Shown: positions 1 to 10,300 of the stretch, piece after piece
Layout: each line of letters begins with the position of its first letter
Numbering within the stretch: position 1 is the stretch's first letter
Source of the DNA: an uncultured Collinsella sp.
GTDB taxonomy: Bacteria > Actinomycetota > Coriobacteriia > Coriobacteriales > Coriobacteriaceae
Direction: 5' to 3'
Assembly: GCA_902478945.1 (NCBI GenBank)
Contig: CABSMX010000001.1
Coordinates: forward strand, 841 to 64,840
Length of the DNA: 64,000 nt
The notes under the pieces: model-generated
Database searches by the model: none
What the model saw: the letters and a program-made list of their open reading frames with translations, nothing else
What the model was told of the DNA's origin: nothing
Made by a program: the position numbers and the translations under genes

Positions 1-1176
1 GCGCTCGAGCACGGGGCGTCCGCCTCGTATGTCGACGAGAATCTCGACCTCGCGCGTGCCGACCCGGCGATGATGTTGCTGGGAGACCGTCCGCATATTA
101 TCGATGAGTGGCAGTGCGTTCCCCAGATTTGGGACTACGTTAGACACGAGGTCGACCGCACCCGGGGTACGCGCGGCGCCTATATCCTCACGGGTTCCGC
201 CACGCCTGCGTTTGGTTCAAAGGCGGAGGCGCCCGCGCATAGTGGAGCCGGCCGCATCGGCCGCGTCCGCATGCACCCCATGACGCTTGCCGAGACAGGT
301 GAGTCCAACGGCAAGGTGAGCCTGGCGGGCTTGTTTGAGCATCGTTTTGAGCCCTGCCGGTGCAATGGCGATACGCCGGGGCTTGTCGAAGCCGCTTGCC
401 GCGGCGGCTGGCCCGAGGCGATCGATATGGTTTCGGCTGACGCCCAGCTTATCGCCCGCGAATATCTCAACACCACGTTTTCGAGCAGCTTCCCGGCGGT
501 CGGTCTCGACCCCGATATTGCTCGTCGAGTCTCCGCATCGATCGCGCGCAATCTGGGACAGGCAACCACGTATAAAATGATTCTTATGGATATGTTCGGT
601 GCCGAGGAGGAACCCGCAGCGTTTGCCGATGAGACCAAGGTGCGCAGGTACCTGGATGCCCTCAAAGGCATGTTTATTCTCGAGGAGGTTCCCGGTTGGG
701 TTCCCGCCGCGCGCGACAAACGGCGCTTTACCGTCAAGCCCAAGCGCTATCTGGCAGATCCGAGCCTTGCTTGCGCCTTGCTAGGTATGTCCTCGCGGGC
801 GCTGCTTGCCGACTGGCAGACATTTGGTCTGGTGTTTGAGAATTTGGTCATACGCGACCTTTCGGTCTACGCACGTTCGCTCGACCTGCTGGATAGCACG
901 CCCGTGCGCTATTATCGCGACGATTCGGGCCTTGAGTGCGATGCTATCGTGCAGCTAGCCGACGGACGGTGGGCCGCCTTTGAGATTAAGGTGAGTGAAG
1001 ATAAAGCGAGCGCCGGCGTCGAGAGCCTCAAGCGCGTTCGCAAGAAGGTCTGTGGAAATCCTCGTTCACGCACACGCGAACCGGAGTTTATGGCCGTGAT
1101 TGTGGGGGTGGGTGAGTACGCCCGCGAGGTCGAGGACGGTATCTACGTGATACCCGTTCGCGCGTTGGGGTGTTAA
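1..1176 (+). CDS. AAA+ ATPase with C-terminal DUF4143 domain (COG1373-like); 5' end lies outside the window
   Basis: The frame of the 70..1176 ORF has no stop from nt 1 to the Met at 70, so the gene is cut by the window edge. Motifs such as IIDEWQ, YILTGSA, KRYLADPSL, FENLVIRDL and YYRDDSGLECDAIV..AFEIK match my memory of DUF4143 ATPases with a nuclease-fold tail. Confidence 0.7.
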   Translation, partial: ALEHGASASYVDENLDLARADPAMMLLGDRPHIIDEWQCVPQIWDYVRHEVDRTRGTRGAYILTGSATPAFGSKAEAPAHSGAGRIGRVRMHPMTLAETGESNGKVSLAGLFEHRFEPCRCNGDTPGLVEAACRGGWPEAIDMVSADAQLIAREYLNTTFSSSFPAVGLDPDIARRVSASIARNLGQATTYKMILMDMFGAEEEPAAFADETKVRRYLDALKGMFILEEVPGWVPAARDKRRFTVKPKRYLADPSLACALLGMSSRALLADWQTFGLVFENLVIRDLSVYARSLDLLDSTPVRYYRDDSGLECDAIVQLADGRWAAFEIKVSEDKASAGVESLKRVRKKVCGNPRSRTREPEFMAVIVGVGEYAREVEDGIYVIPVRALGC

Positions 1177-1215
1177 GGGGCGGCACGCCGTGTGTCCGCT
1201 GCCCGGTGCCACGGA

Positions 1216-1281
1216 TTGGTGCAAGGGGGCCAGGTTTGTTTGCACCATGTTGGTGCGAAGTAACCTGCCCCCTTGCACCAA
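1216..1281. promoter_or_regulatory. 19-bp near-perfect inverted repeat between the ATPase gene and the giant-protein operon
   Basis: TTGGTGCAAGGGGGCCAGGT (1216-1235) pairs with ACCTGCCCCCTTGCACCAA (1263-1281) with one bulged C. The loop holds a smaller palindrome, GCACCATGTTGGTGC. It could be a terminator for the upstream gene or an operator for the downstream operon. Confidence 0.4.
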
Positions 1282-1427
1282 GGGTTTGACTTTTAAGACA
1301 TCATTAAGGCTTGCGTTGTGGAGCAAGCCGCAGGTCAATGCTATTCTTTTACCTTATCGTATGGTGTTGTATTCTGCCTGAATTCTCTACCTGCGAACAA
1401 CGGATAAACGCGACCGAGCGGAAAAGG

Positions 1428-2498
1428 ATGGCACGCCCGCAAGCAGGGCAAACGCAAGCGATGAGTGGCATGGACCGACATAGCGAGCTCCAGCAGCACA
1501 AGACGGCGGCCGAGTACCGTCAAGCTGCCGACGAGCACGTGCGGACCCTCAAGGATTTCTGGAAGGATTTCCTGGTGAGTGGTCTGTTTGTGCTGGCCGC
1601 CATCGTTGCCATCTTTGCATGCTTGGCCTGGTTTGCCGCGAATAATCGAGTGAGCGCCACGGGGAGTACGATCGGGGCGAAGGCGGATCGGTATACGCTG
1701 ACCGCCGAGGGCGAGGGCGAGTCCGACGCCCACGTGGGCTATTACGAGCGTTCCGAGCGCACGCCCGAGGAAAAGGATGCCATCGATGGCTTGGATACGA
1801 CCGACGCCATGACGGTAACGCTCGGTTCCAACCTGAACAACGAGACCGCGGGCTCTCTGTACCCGGGTGCTCGCGGCAAGATTACATTTACGGTGAAGCC
1901 GCTGGTGAGTGACCTGGACGGGGTCACGATCAATCTGTCGCGCTTGCTTAAGGTCACGAACATTGTTGGCGTTGTTGGGGACGGGGGAACGCTGGCGCCC
2001 GAGGCGGAGGCGCTCCTTGGCTTGATCAAAGGCCACTTGCTGTTCTTTACGAGCTGCGACCAGAACGGGTATTACTCGGGCCGCGTGGTTGATAGCAAGA
2101 TCGAGATTCGCAAGAACGCATTTTGCGAAAACGGCGATGTGACCAAGCCAACGAACAGGCCCTTCACCATCAACCTGTACTGGGTGTGGCCGGAGTACTT
2201 CCAAAACTTCGTCCTTACCGGCAACACGAATTACTACAAGAACCTGTTTGCGGCGGCGGGCGACGCAAAGTCTGACTACGGCGCTTTGCAGGCGGACATG
2301 AACGAGCATAAAGCGAACTACTTCTATGGCGCGGCAAACGGCACGAGTGCTGCCAACGCCCCCGAGGTTTCGTCTAGCATGTCCTTCAGCGACACCGCCA
2401 TCTGCTCGGCGCTGTACAACAATGCCGACGAGCAGATCGGCAATAAGGTCAAATACATCCAACTTAGAATTAGCGCTCAGGAGGGCGTGAGCTCATGA
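1428..2498 (+). CDS. Signal-anchored secreted protein 1 of the giant-protein operon; possible TasA/camelysin-like fold
   Basis: The ATG at 1428 is preceded by GAAAAGGA; I judged the longer 1311 start unlikely because it adds a Cys/Trp-rich, non-protein-like leader. One hydrophobic helix (LVSGLFVLAAIVAIFACLAWFAANNRVSATGS) ends in a W-F-x-x-N motif resembling SipW-type signal peptides. LYPGARGKITFTV resembles the TasA-family L-x-PG-x-x-x-x-F strand. The coding call is solid; the product call is tentative. Confidence 0.6.
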   Translation: MARPQAGQTQAMSGMDRHSELQQHKTAAEYRQAADEHVRTLKDFWKDFLVSGLFVLAAIVAIFACLAWFAANNRVSATGSTIGAKADRYTLTAEGEGESDAHVGYYERSERTPEEKDAIDGLDTTDAMTVTLGSNLNNETAGSLYPGARGKITFTVKPLVSDLDGVTINLSRLLKVTNIVGVVGDGGTLAPEAEALLGLIKGHLLFFTSCDQNGYYSGRVVDSKIEIRKNAFCENGDVTKPTNRPFTINLYWVWPEYFQNFVLTGNTNYYKNLFAAAGDAKSDYGALQADMNEHKANYFYGAANGTSAANAPEVSSSMSFSDTAICSALYNNADEQIGNKVKYIQLRISAQEGVSS

Positions 2499-3295
2499 GC
2501 ACCATGCAAACGCGCCTCGGCGATGCCCGCAATTGGATAGAAAACCGCCGCGCACAGGCCCTTGCGGTCCTGATATTGCTGGCGGCAATCGCTCTTATCA
2601 TCGGCTTGTCGCTCTCGTGGTTTGTGGGCAGCAAAAGTCTGTCTACGGTGGGCAAGATCCAAACGCCCGCGCAGCTTAAGATCATGGGTCCCAACCAGAC
2701 GAGCATCGAGCCCATCGAGATTTCGTATGATGAGTCACGGGGCGATGTTAAAAACATAGACGGCACCGTGACCATTCGTCGCGCGTTTTGCGTGCGGAGC
2801 GACAATGGCGATCCCGCTGCCGGCGGTCAAGCGTTTGAGCTGCAGGTGGCAAATACCACGAATATCACGGGGCTGACAATCAACGTGTATCACGTGACGG
2901 TCAATAATCCGAACGATAAAAACGGCACCGTGGTCGGCCTCGACGGGCTCAACCGCACCTACTCATGGAGCAAGAAGAGCAGCACCCCGATTGAGTTTGC
3001 TTTTATCAACTCCGCGGACGGGACAAGTGCGTTGGCTAAAGAGCTTGAGGCAAACGACCCGACGTACGGCTCGTACGTGAATGTCCAGAAAAACGCCCGT
3101 CCGCTGTATCGGTACTACAAGTTCGCAGGGAGTGGGCTCGATGGCTGGAATGGCAAAACAGCCAACGCCGCCACGAACTTCATCATCGAATGTACGTGGA
3201 ATCCGGGCGTTGTGACCGTAAGCGGAAAGACGGTCTCCAACGTCAAAGAGACCGACATGGTTTATCTAATCGCTCGCGTCACGAGCGGCAACTAA
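2495..3295 (+). CDS. Signal-anchored secreted protein 2 of the giant-protein operon
   Basis: Its ATG overlaps the upstream stop (ATGA at 2495-2498). A single N-terminal helix (ALAVLILLAAIALIIGLSLSWFVGSKSLSTVGK) ends in the same W-F-x-x-S motif. The remainder is Asn/Thr/Gly-rich and looks like a beta-rich ectodomain. Confidence 0.6.
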   Translation: MSTMQTRLGDARNWIENRRAQALAVLILLAAIALIIGLSLSWFVGSKSLSTVGKIQTPAQLKIMGPNQTSIEPIEISYDESRGDVKNIDGTVTIRRAFCVRSDNGDPAAGGQAFELQVANTTNITGLTINVYHVTVNNPNDKNGTVVGLDGLNRTYSWSKKSSTPIEFAFINSADGTSALAKELEANDPTYGSYVNVQKNARPLYRYYKFAGSGLDGWNGKTANAATNFIIECTWNPGVVTVSGKTVSNVKETDMVYLIARVTSGN

Positions 3296-3319
3296 TAAGT
3301 AGGAGGGGAGGGGCGCCAG

Positions 3320-4318
3320 ATGCGAAAAGACAAGAACGAGCAAAATGAAATCGCGAGGCCTGTTGGTAAGCACTTTGCGCAGGTAGATAATTCTAAGACA
3401 GAGCCTTGCTGCACGGAGTCGGCGACCCCTACTTCTAAAGTGCGCAAGCGCCTATGGACGGTTGCGGTGCTGCTATGCGCCGTCGCGATTGTGGCGGGTA
3501 CCTACCTTACCTACACGGCCTTTTTGGCGGGTGACTTTCTTAAGTCGGTCGCTGTCTCGGGCACGTCGCAGGCGCTGTTTGCTTCGGACATGCTCACGGG
3601 TTACACGAATGAGACGCTGAATGACGAGGGTATTGCCGTCCGAAGTGTCATCGCCGACACGAGTGGGGAAAACTGCTTCTTTACCTTTCGCATTTACAAC
3701 CATCTGCTGGGCGACAAGAACAAGGTCAACGACAAGGACGTTAACGCGACGCTGAGCGTGGAGGCGACGGGAACGACGGGCACTTGGAGTGTTAACGGTA
3801 AGCCCACGCTGACGGCGGGCGGCACGGTCGACCTTTCCTTCCCTGCCAACAAGGCAACTATGTATACCTATAAGGTTACGTTTTCCAAGGCGGACCTCAA
3901 CAAAGCATCCTTCACCGTTAAAGCCAAGGTCGGCTCCAATAGCCCCGGCACCAACCTTAAATGGCTCGCCGCCAAGATTGCGCCTTCCGAACGTGCAGAG
4001 GTGACGGCTTCGGGCGTTTCGGGCGAGTGGGTCGACAAGAACAAGGATGATACGAATGTCGGCGACTTCGACGCCTACAACTATCGTGTGACCGTTACGG
4101 GCGCTACGACTAAGGTAAAGCTCACGTGGGGAAGCGGGGTCGAGCTCGATCCGTTCTTTGAGGCGAACCACAAGAACGGTAATGGGCAAGCAGCCGTCAG
4201 CGGCAACTCGATCACATACGATGCATCTCCTGGCTCGGAAATCATCACCTTTTACCGGAAGGGTGATTCGAAGCCGACCAGCTGGGAAGCCATTGGCGTT
4301 TCGTGTTCGGCCGCGTAG
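3320..4318 (+). CDS. Signal-anchored secreted protein 3 of the giant-protein operon
   Basis: A strong RBS (AGGAGGGGAGGGG) sits upstream. The N-terminal cytoplasmic tail is followed by one helix (LWTVAVLLCAVAIVAGTYLTYTAFLAGDFLKSVAVSGTS). The ectodomain is beta-rich (TFRIYN, YTYKVTF, FTVKAKV, YRVTVTG, KVKLTWG). Confidence 0.6.
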   Translation: MRKDKNEQNEIARPVGKHFAQVDNSKTEPCCTESATPTSKVRKRLWTVAVLLCAVAIVAGTYLTYTAFLAGDFLKSVAVSGTSQALFASDMLTGYTNETLNDEGIAVRSVIADTSGENCFFTFRIYNHLLGDKNKVNDKDVNATLSVEATGTTGTWSVNGKPTLTAGGTVDLSFPANKATMYTYKVTFSKADLNKASFTVKAKVGSNSPGTNLKWLAAKIAPSERAEVTASGVSGEWVDKNKDDTNVGDFDAYNYRVTVTGATTKVKLTWGSGVELDPFFEANHKNGNGQAAVSGNSITYDASPGSEIITFYRKGDSKPTSWEAIGVSCSAA

Positions 4319-4393
4319 GGCTAGCCGAAGCAATCCGCAAGCATAGATTTTGAGACCCCGCGCGGGGCATGAGATAGAACGAGGTAGGACCAG

Positions 4394-7300
4394 ATGAGAA
4401 CGGCAAAGCGCATAACAACCGCATGCCTGACTGCGATCATGATTTTCCAGGCGCTCGCGCCCTCCACAGAGGTGTTCGCGCAAGAGCTCGACACCGTTAT
4501 GGAGGCATCCGTCTCCGCCGCGCGCGCCGCGGGCAACACGGCGCGCTCCGTACAGGATGGCGTGGCCACCGCGCTGCAAGATGCTGACCAGGCTGCATCT
4601 GATGACGCCGCAACGACTCCGGGCGCCGACGCTGGCGCTACCGAGGGCGGCGACGGTTCTACCAACGCTGGCGAATCGCAGGACTCCACGACCGATGGAA
4701 CCACTAACGGCGATACCCCAACGGAGGGCGACGCGTCCCAAGATGATGCGGCTACCGATGAGGGCGCTGCTGACGAAGAACAAGCGGATGACGCGGACGC
4801 GGATGCTGCTGATCAGGCAGGCGCCAACTACCCCATCGCTACTGTCGAGGCTCTCAGGCACGCGTTGGGTGACGGCAATGTCATCACTGACGACTTGGGC
4901 GCCGTCACGGCCATTACCTTTGAGTCCAACGCCGACCTTATCGCCATCTCCAACACCGATCCCGCCATCTACCAGAACGCGAACATCTCCAAAGGTGGCT
5001 CGACCGGCATCGACTTCGACGTGTGCGGCGCGGAGATCGTGGACGGCTTGGGTAGCCTCACGTTCCAGGGCTTCGGCAGCGATGCCTACCCTTTCAAAGG
5101 CGCGCTCAACCTCGGCGACAGGACCCTGACCGTCAACAAGACGCTCTTCAACAACATCGAGCTCAGCGATGCCAACAGCACCGTAAAGCTCACCTGGAAG
5201 GGTACCGATGCCCAGCCCATCGTGGCCGCAAAGGTCACGGGCGCGGACAAGACGCTTGCTGCCACCGTTACCGTGGGCACGCCCAAGAGCGATACCGAAA
5301 AGGACATCTGCAAGCTCACCTCGCCGCTTGTGGGCGAGGTCACGGGCGCTCTCACGCTTAACGCCACCTACACGACAAGCGCGAACAGCCCCCTGGCAGT
5401 CGATATGCAATCGAGCGCAGGCAACATGGGCTTGCTTGTGAACACTCTTGCCGAAAAAGCATCGTTTACGCTTGCGGGCCTCGCCCTGCCGGACAACCTC
5501 GACGGTACGCCCACCATCAACGCGACAGCCGATGGCGCCAATGCAGGAGGCCTTATCGGCGAGGCGCAGGAGGGTGCCACCGTCGCCCTACCAACTGGCA
5601 TCGATGTCTCGGCGCTGAGCGTCGCAGGTAAAAACGCGGCGGGCGGTCTTATCGGTAAGGCGACTAAGCTCACGCTCACCGTGGGCAAGGATAACAGCGG
5701 AAAAGACGCCTCGGGCAAGGCTGTCGTCATCAAGCCCGCGCATGCGGTTGGATCGTCATCTGCCGGGACGTATGCAGGCGGCCTTATCGGCGACGCCTCG
5801 TTTGCCGACGCATTCACCATCAACAGCGGCATCTTCGACTTTGGCAAGGGCGTGGCGCTCAGTGTGTCCAACACGAGCGCTGCCCCTTCCGCCGGCGGAC
5901 TGTTCGGCGTGCTCGACATATCGAACGGCGACGCGGTCGTCAATGGCGGTTCGTATACAAGCACGCTGCAAAACGGCACGGACAACAGCAACAACAACGG
6001 CGTGCGCGGGAACTACGGCGGCTTGGTGGGCAAGCTGTGGGGGAAGAAGAACGGCGACGCGCTGCATGCCTTTACGGTGCAGGATGATACTGCGGTGTCG
6101 TTCGGCGTGGGCTCCAACGGCAAACTCACCTACGCGGGCGGCCTAGTAGGCTACCTTGGCGAAGGCGGCGGGAGTGCCAACGTGTCCGCCGTGGTCATCA
6201 GTGATGCAACAGTGACATGCTCAACCTCGGGCTACGCCAGTGCAAATGGCAAATACGGCGGCGCCGTGGGCGTCGTGGACACAAACAACGTTCTAGAAGT
6301 GCGCGGCCTGAAGGTCAAAACCGCCAGCGGCGCTAACATCGGCGGCACAAACGGCGGCTTTGCCGGAGTCGTTGGGTCGTCGTGGCTCGGCATCGTCAAG
6401 TTCAGCGGTATCACCGACCTGTCGGATGCCACCTTCGTGGAAAATGATCACACCGCGCAACTGATTTATGAGAACTTCAACTCGCTGATTTTTGCCGCCG
6501 GTAGCGGAAGCGATAGCGGCACCGCCGCAGGCGATACCATGAAATGGCAATATAAGCGCCCCTCTACGCCCGTCAAGATCGATGACGTGTACAGTTGCGG
6601 CCAAGTCATTCGCTTGGGCAACCCGTTGAGCGAGAACCTCATCTCCATCAACGAAGCGCACCGGTGGATCTTTAGCTCTAAGCTCGTAAAAACTGGCGAT
6701 GCATTTGCGCTGGCAAGTATCGACGATTTCGCAAAGCTGGCGATTACCTGGCAAACCAACGGCTACTACTCGATGGTTGACGGCGTTACCGAAAACAACC
6801 TTAACGGCTTGCAGTCCTTGACCATTACGGTGAGCGGCACTATTGATCTCAAGGGCACGGGCCTAACGGGTTTCACGCAGGATCGTGCAGACGGCTCGCA
6901 AGTTTTCTCGGGAACGTTGAACGGTGGCGGCACAAATGGCAACGGCACAATTAACCTTGCCGTCGGCGAGCCGTACGGCATGCGCGGTAAAGCTGTGCTC
7001 GACGGCAATGACACGAGCAACGGCAACGGCAAAATCTACCGCCACGGCCGCTTGGGCTTGTTCGCGGCCGTCAACGGCGCAACCATCTCCAACGTCACAA
7101 TCGCTGGCTCCATGAAGTTCGATAACGGTTCGGCTATCGATGCCGGGTCGCTTGCAGGTGCCATCGTCGGCAACCTGTCATTGTCTGGCGTAACGTGCAA
7201 AACGAATATCGCGTGTGATGATACGTTCAGCAACGAAGTGAACATTGGTGGTATTGCGGGCAGCGTGTCGGCGGCTTCTACGGTTGCGTTTGAGGGCGAC

Positions 7301-10300
7301 AGCAAGGCCCAGGCGACCATCACTAAAGCTCAAACGCTTAGCGGCAATATGCGCATTGGCGGCGCCATCGGCAATGTGGGCGACTATACCTCGACATTCA
7401 ATGTTACGCGCCTCGAAGTCGGCGGCAAAATCAAAACCGGCGATTGCGCCGGCGGCAAGATTGCCCAAGTCGGTGGCTTTATCGGCCGCATTGTGCAGGG
7501 ATCGAACGAGAAGCACGTTACCATTACCGGTCTTAGCTTTAGTGAATTCGCTATGACCGTGGGCAAGAACGGCGACAAGCTCAACGGCGCCGGTGGTCTT
7601 CTGGGCTACAGCTGGGGCAACGCCATCGTCACCATTGGCGATACTGCTGCGAATACCAGCGGCAGCGCCTACGCCCTCAAAACTTCCAACAACACGACCG
7701 TAACCGCAAATAGCTCTGCCGAGGTCGGCGGCCTCGTATACGCCGCCAGTGGCCACTGGATCGTCAATAATTATGCTATCAATTTGGCCAACGCTTCCTT
7801 CACCGCCAATAATGCAACCACGCTTGGCGTTCTTATTGCTCGCGGCGGTACATCCGATTCAAATAGCTTTGGTGCCGAGACCAACTATAACGGTCTATAT
7901 CTGGAGGACAGGGCTTCGTGGGACACCGCTTATGCTGTGAATGGCGTGTCTATAACCGCCCCAAAGGTAACGACATACGACGAATGGCTTGCAAATGGCG
8001 TGAAGCCCGAAAGCAATCTGATCGATAACGGCTGCAATGCGGTCGTCTCGCTTCATACCGAGGGCCAAAAGCTGGACATGAGCGGAAATCCCGCTAGAGA
8101 TAATAGTTATCAAAATCGCATTGCCCCCGCTAATTCTTCTGATGGCTTTCCACAATCAAATGGTTCTGTTCGCTACTACTACAATCTTGACAAAGCATAT
8201 GCGGAGGTAGGCAACAATCCGGAAAACGATAGCAAAGACAATTGGATGAACTCCGCAGAGTACTTATTACTTTGGTGTGCGTACCTGTATGCTCCTAGCG
8301 CGATTCAGGACTATATCATTCCGGGAAATCAGGCTATTTTCCAAGGAAACAATATTGGCACGAGCGACAGCGCGGGCGTGGAAATCAATTTAGATGGATA
8401 CAGTTTCTATCCTACTGACCCCGCGAAGGGCTCAACGGTTACTGTGAATAATGCAACGATTACGTTCCATTATTCCGACATTAAAGCTGAGCAAAAAGGT
8501 AACAAAAAGAATAGCGAAGCCACGCAGCACGAAAATATGCACTGCGCTCTCATCGGAACCCATACGGGCAGCCTCAAGGTTAAAAATGTCACGCTTGCAG
8601 GCACCGTGGGCTCTGTTGTGAACGATGAGGGAAGTTCGTCCGGCGCACTTGTGTGCCGCTGTATCTATGGACCCATCAATGAGACTAATGTGGCGCAGCT
8701 CGAGATAGATGGTCTGACACTCGACGGCTTGACGGTCGACGGTGTGAATGACGATACCAGTTACGCTCCTCTGCTTATCAACGAGATGCAGACATGCGTG
8801 AACCTGAGCGCTAAGAATATTTCAACCCGTAGCTACGCGAATGGGGCCACGGCGGCAACCTCGCTCTTCGGCAGACTCGGCGTGGGAAAAAATTCCGATC
8901 AGGTGACGGCGAAGTTTGAGCAAATCAGCTTGCCCAGCAAAAATAACGATACGATCTTCACCCATGCGAGCCTGCTGGAGAGTTTTGGCTACGGAAGCAC
9001 GAGCACGGGCTCTGCGGACTATACCTTTACTAAGGCCGAGGCCGATGCGGGCAAGGTGACATATGGAAGCGAAATCGATGCCAAGGACAAGGAATACTCT
9101 GGCAAGCAGCTTTGGTATTACGACAAAGAAACCTATGCCACCCCTAATGGCTTGGTGACGGTTGATAAAAAGCCGGCAGATGCCAAGAATCCTCGGTTTG
9201 GTGACTATCTTCCTTATGTTTACAAGGGAAAAGCCACCGAGGATGGCGTCCAGTATCACGAAATCAAGGTTAACCAGCGCATCCCTAACCTGATGACGGG
9301 ATGCGGTACGTATGGCGATCCGTACGCCGTTACGGACGCGACGGAAATGAACGCCATCGCTAACTACATCAACAACAGCGTGGCGTTGGATGGCTGGGAA
9401 GTCACTATTGCCGCCGATCAGTCCAGACTGTGCGAGCGGCGTAACAAAACGAAGATCGACAGCGCGAGGACCGACAACGAGGTCGTGTACGTCTATAAGC
9501 AGGCGAACGGTGCTGATAACAAATGGGAGAAGAAGAACGGCGATGCAACGACCGATCCCTCGCAGACGTTGAGCGACGAAACCATGCACCGCTATGTGCA
9601 GAGTGCGTATTACAGCATTGAGCCTCCTGAGGGCAATAAGATTACCGTCGATGCGGCCTCGTTTGGCGGATTTGGCAACAAGGCCAATCCGTTCCGTGGC
9701 GTAATTGTTGGCGACCTAGGCAAGTCAACTGCAGCAATTGAGATTGAAAATAACAAGGGCGAGCTTCGCGGTCTCATTCCCTATAGCTATGGCAGCGTGG
9801 TGCGCAATCTCAACATCAACTATGTGAATGCGCAGGCGACTATTACTTATTCTGATAAGGATGAGGACGGCGTTCCGACAGCGTTTTTCGGTGGCGTTAT
9901 CGGCTGCATTCTTGGCGGCGATAACATTATTGATGGCGTGGTCGTAAACAATCCAAATAACGGTTCGACAGCGTACGGCTTTACCGTTGTCAGCAACCCC
10001 GATGTCAGCAGATCGCATCTTGTTCCCATTGGCGGCTACGTTGGCGCTATTGCGGGTGGCGGCGTGATTTTCCGCCATACGGGCGATTCATGGCGTGGCG
10101 GCACAAAGGAAAAGTTCAAGCCCGTTGCGAAAGGCGGTGCCAACTCCCAACTGTACGACAACCCCTACGTTGGTCGTGTGATTGATGGCTATGCCTTTAG
10201 CGAGGGCTGTGCCGTAAAAAACGGCGATGCTAACTACAAGATTAACGAGCTCAAAGACAAGGGAACCCCCTGTGTCACCACCACGGGCACCGACAACAAG

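Noticed and set aside
1311-1427. An N-terminal extension of the first operon gene (start at 1311)
   Set aside because: The extra 39 aa (MRCGASRRSMLFFYLIVWCCILPEFSTCEQ..) look non-protein-like and lack an RBS. The ATG at 1428 has GAAAAGGA upstream.
3473-5410. Long minus-strand ORFs antisense to real genes: 3473-5410, 12002-13942, 19391-20707, 21696-23003, 32624-34846, 36673-38112, 39709-40998, 43100-45685, 45686-46876, 48178-50214 and 59946-61664
   Set aside because: All lie fully opposite ORFs with clear family signatures. Their translations are dominated by R/G/A/H/V runs, as expected from stop-codon depletion in GC-rich DNA. None has a plausible RBS or start context.
8528-8542. An HEXXH motif (HENMH) inside the giant protein, hinting at a zinc metalloprotease domain as in GLUG-containing IgA1-protease relatives
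   Set aside because: By my rough estimate, a single HEXXH has a chance of order one in ten of occurring at random in 3,549 aa. I could not recognise surrounding M26-type or other metalloprotease context. It is worth a profile search but is not supportable from sequence reading alone.
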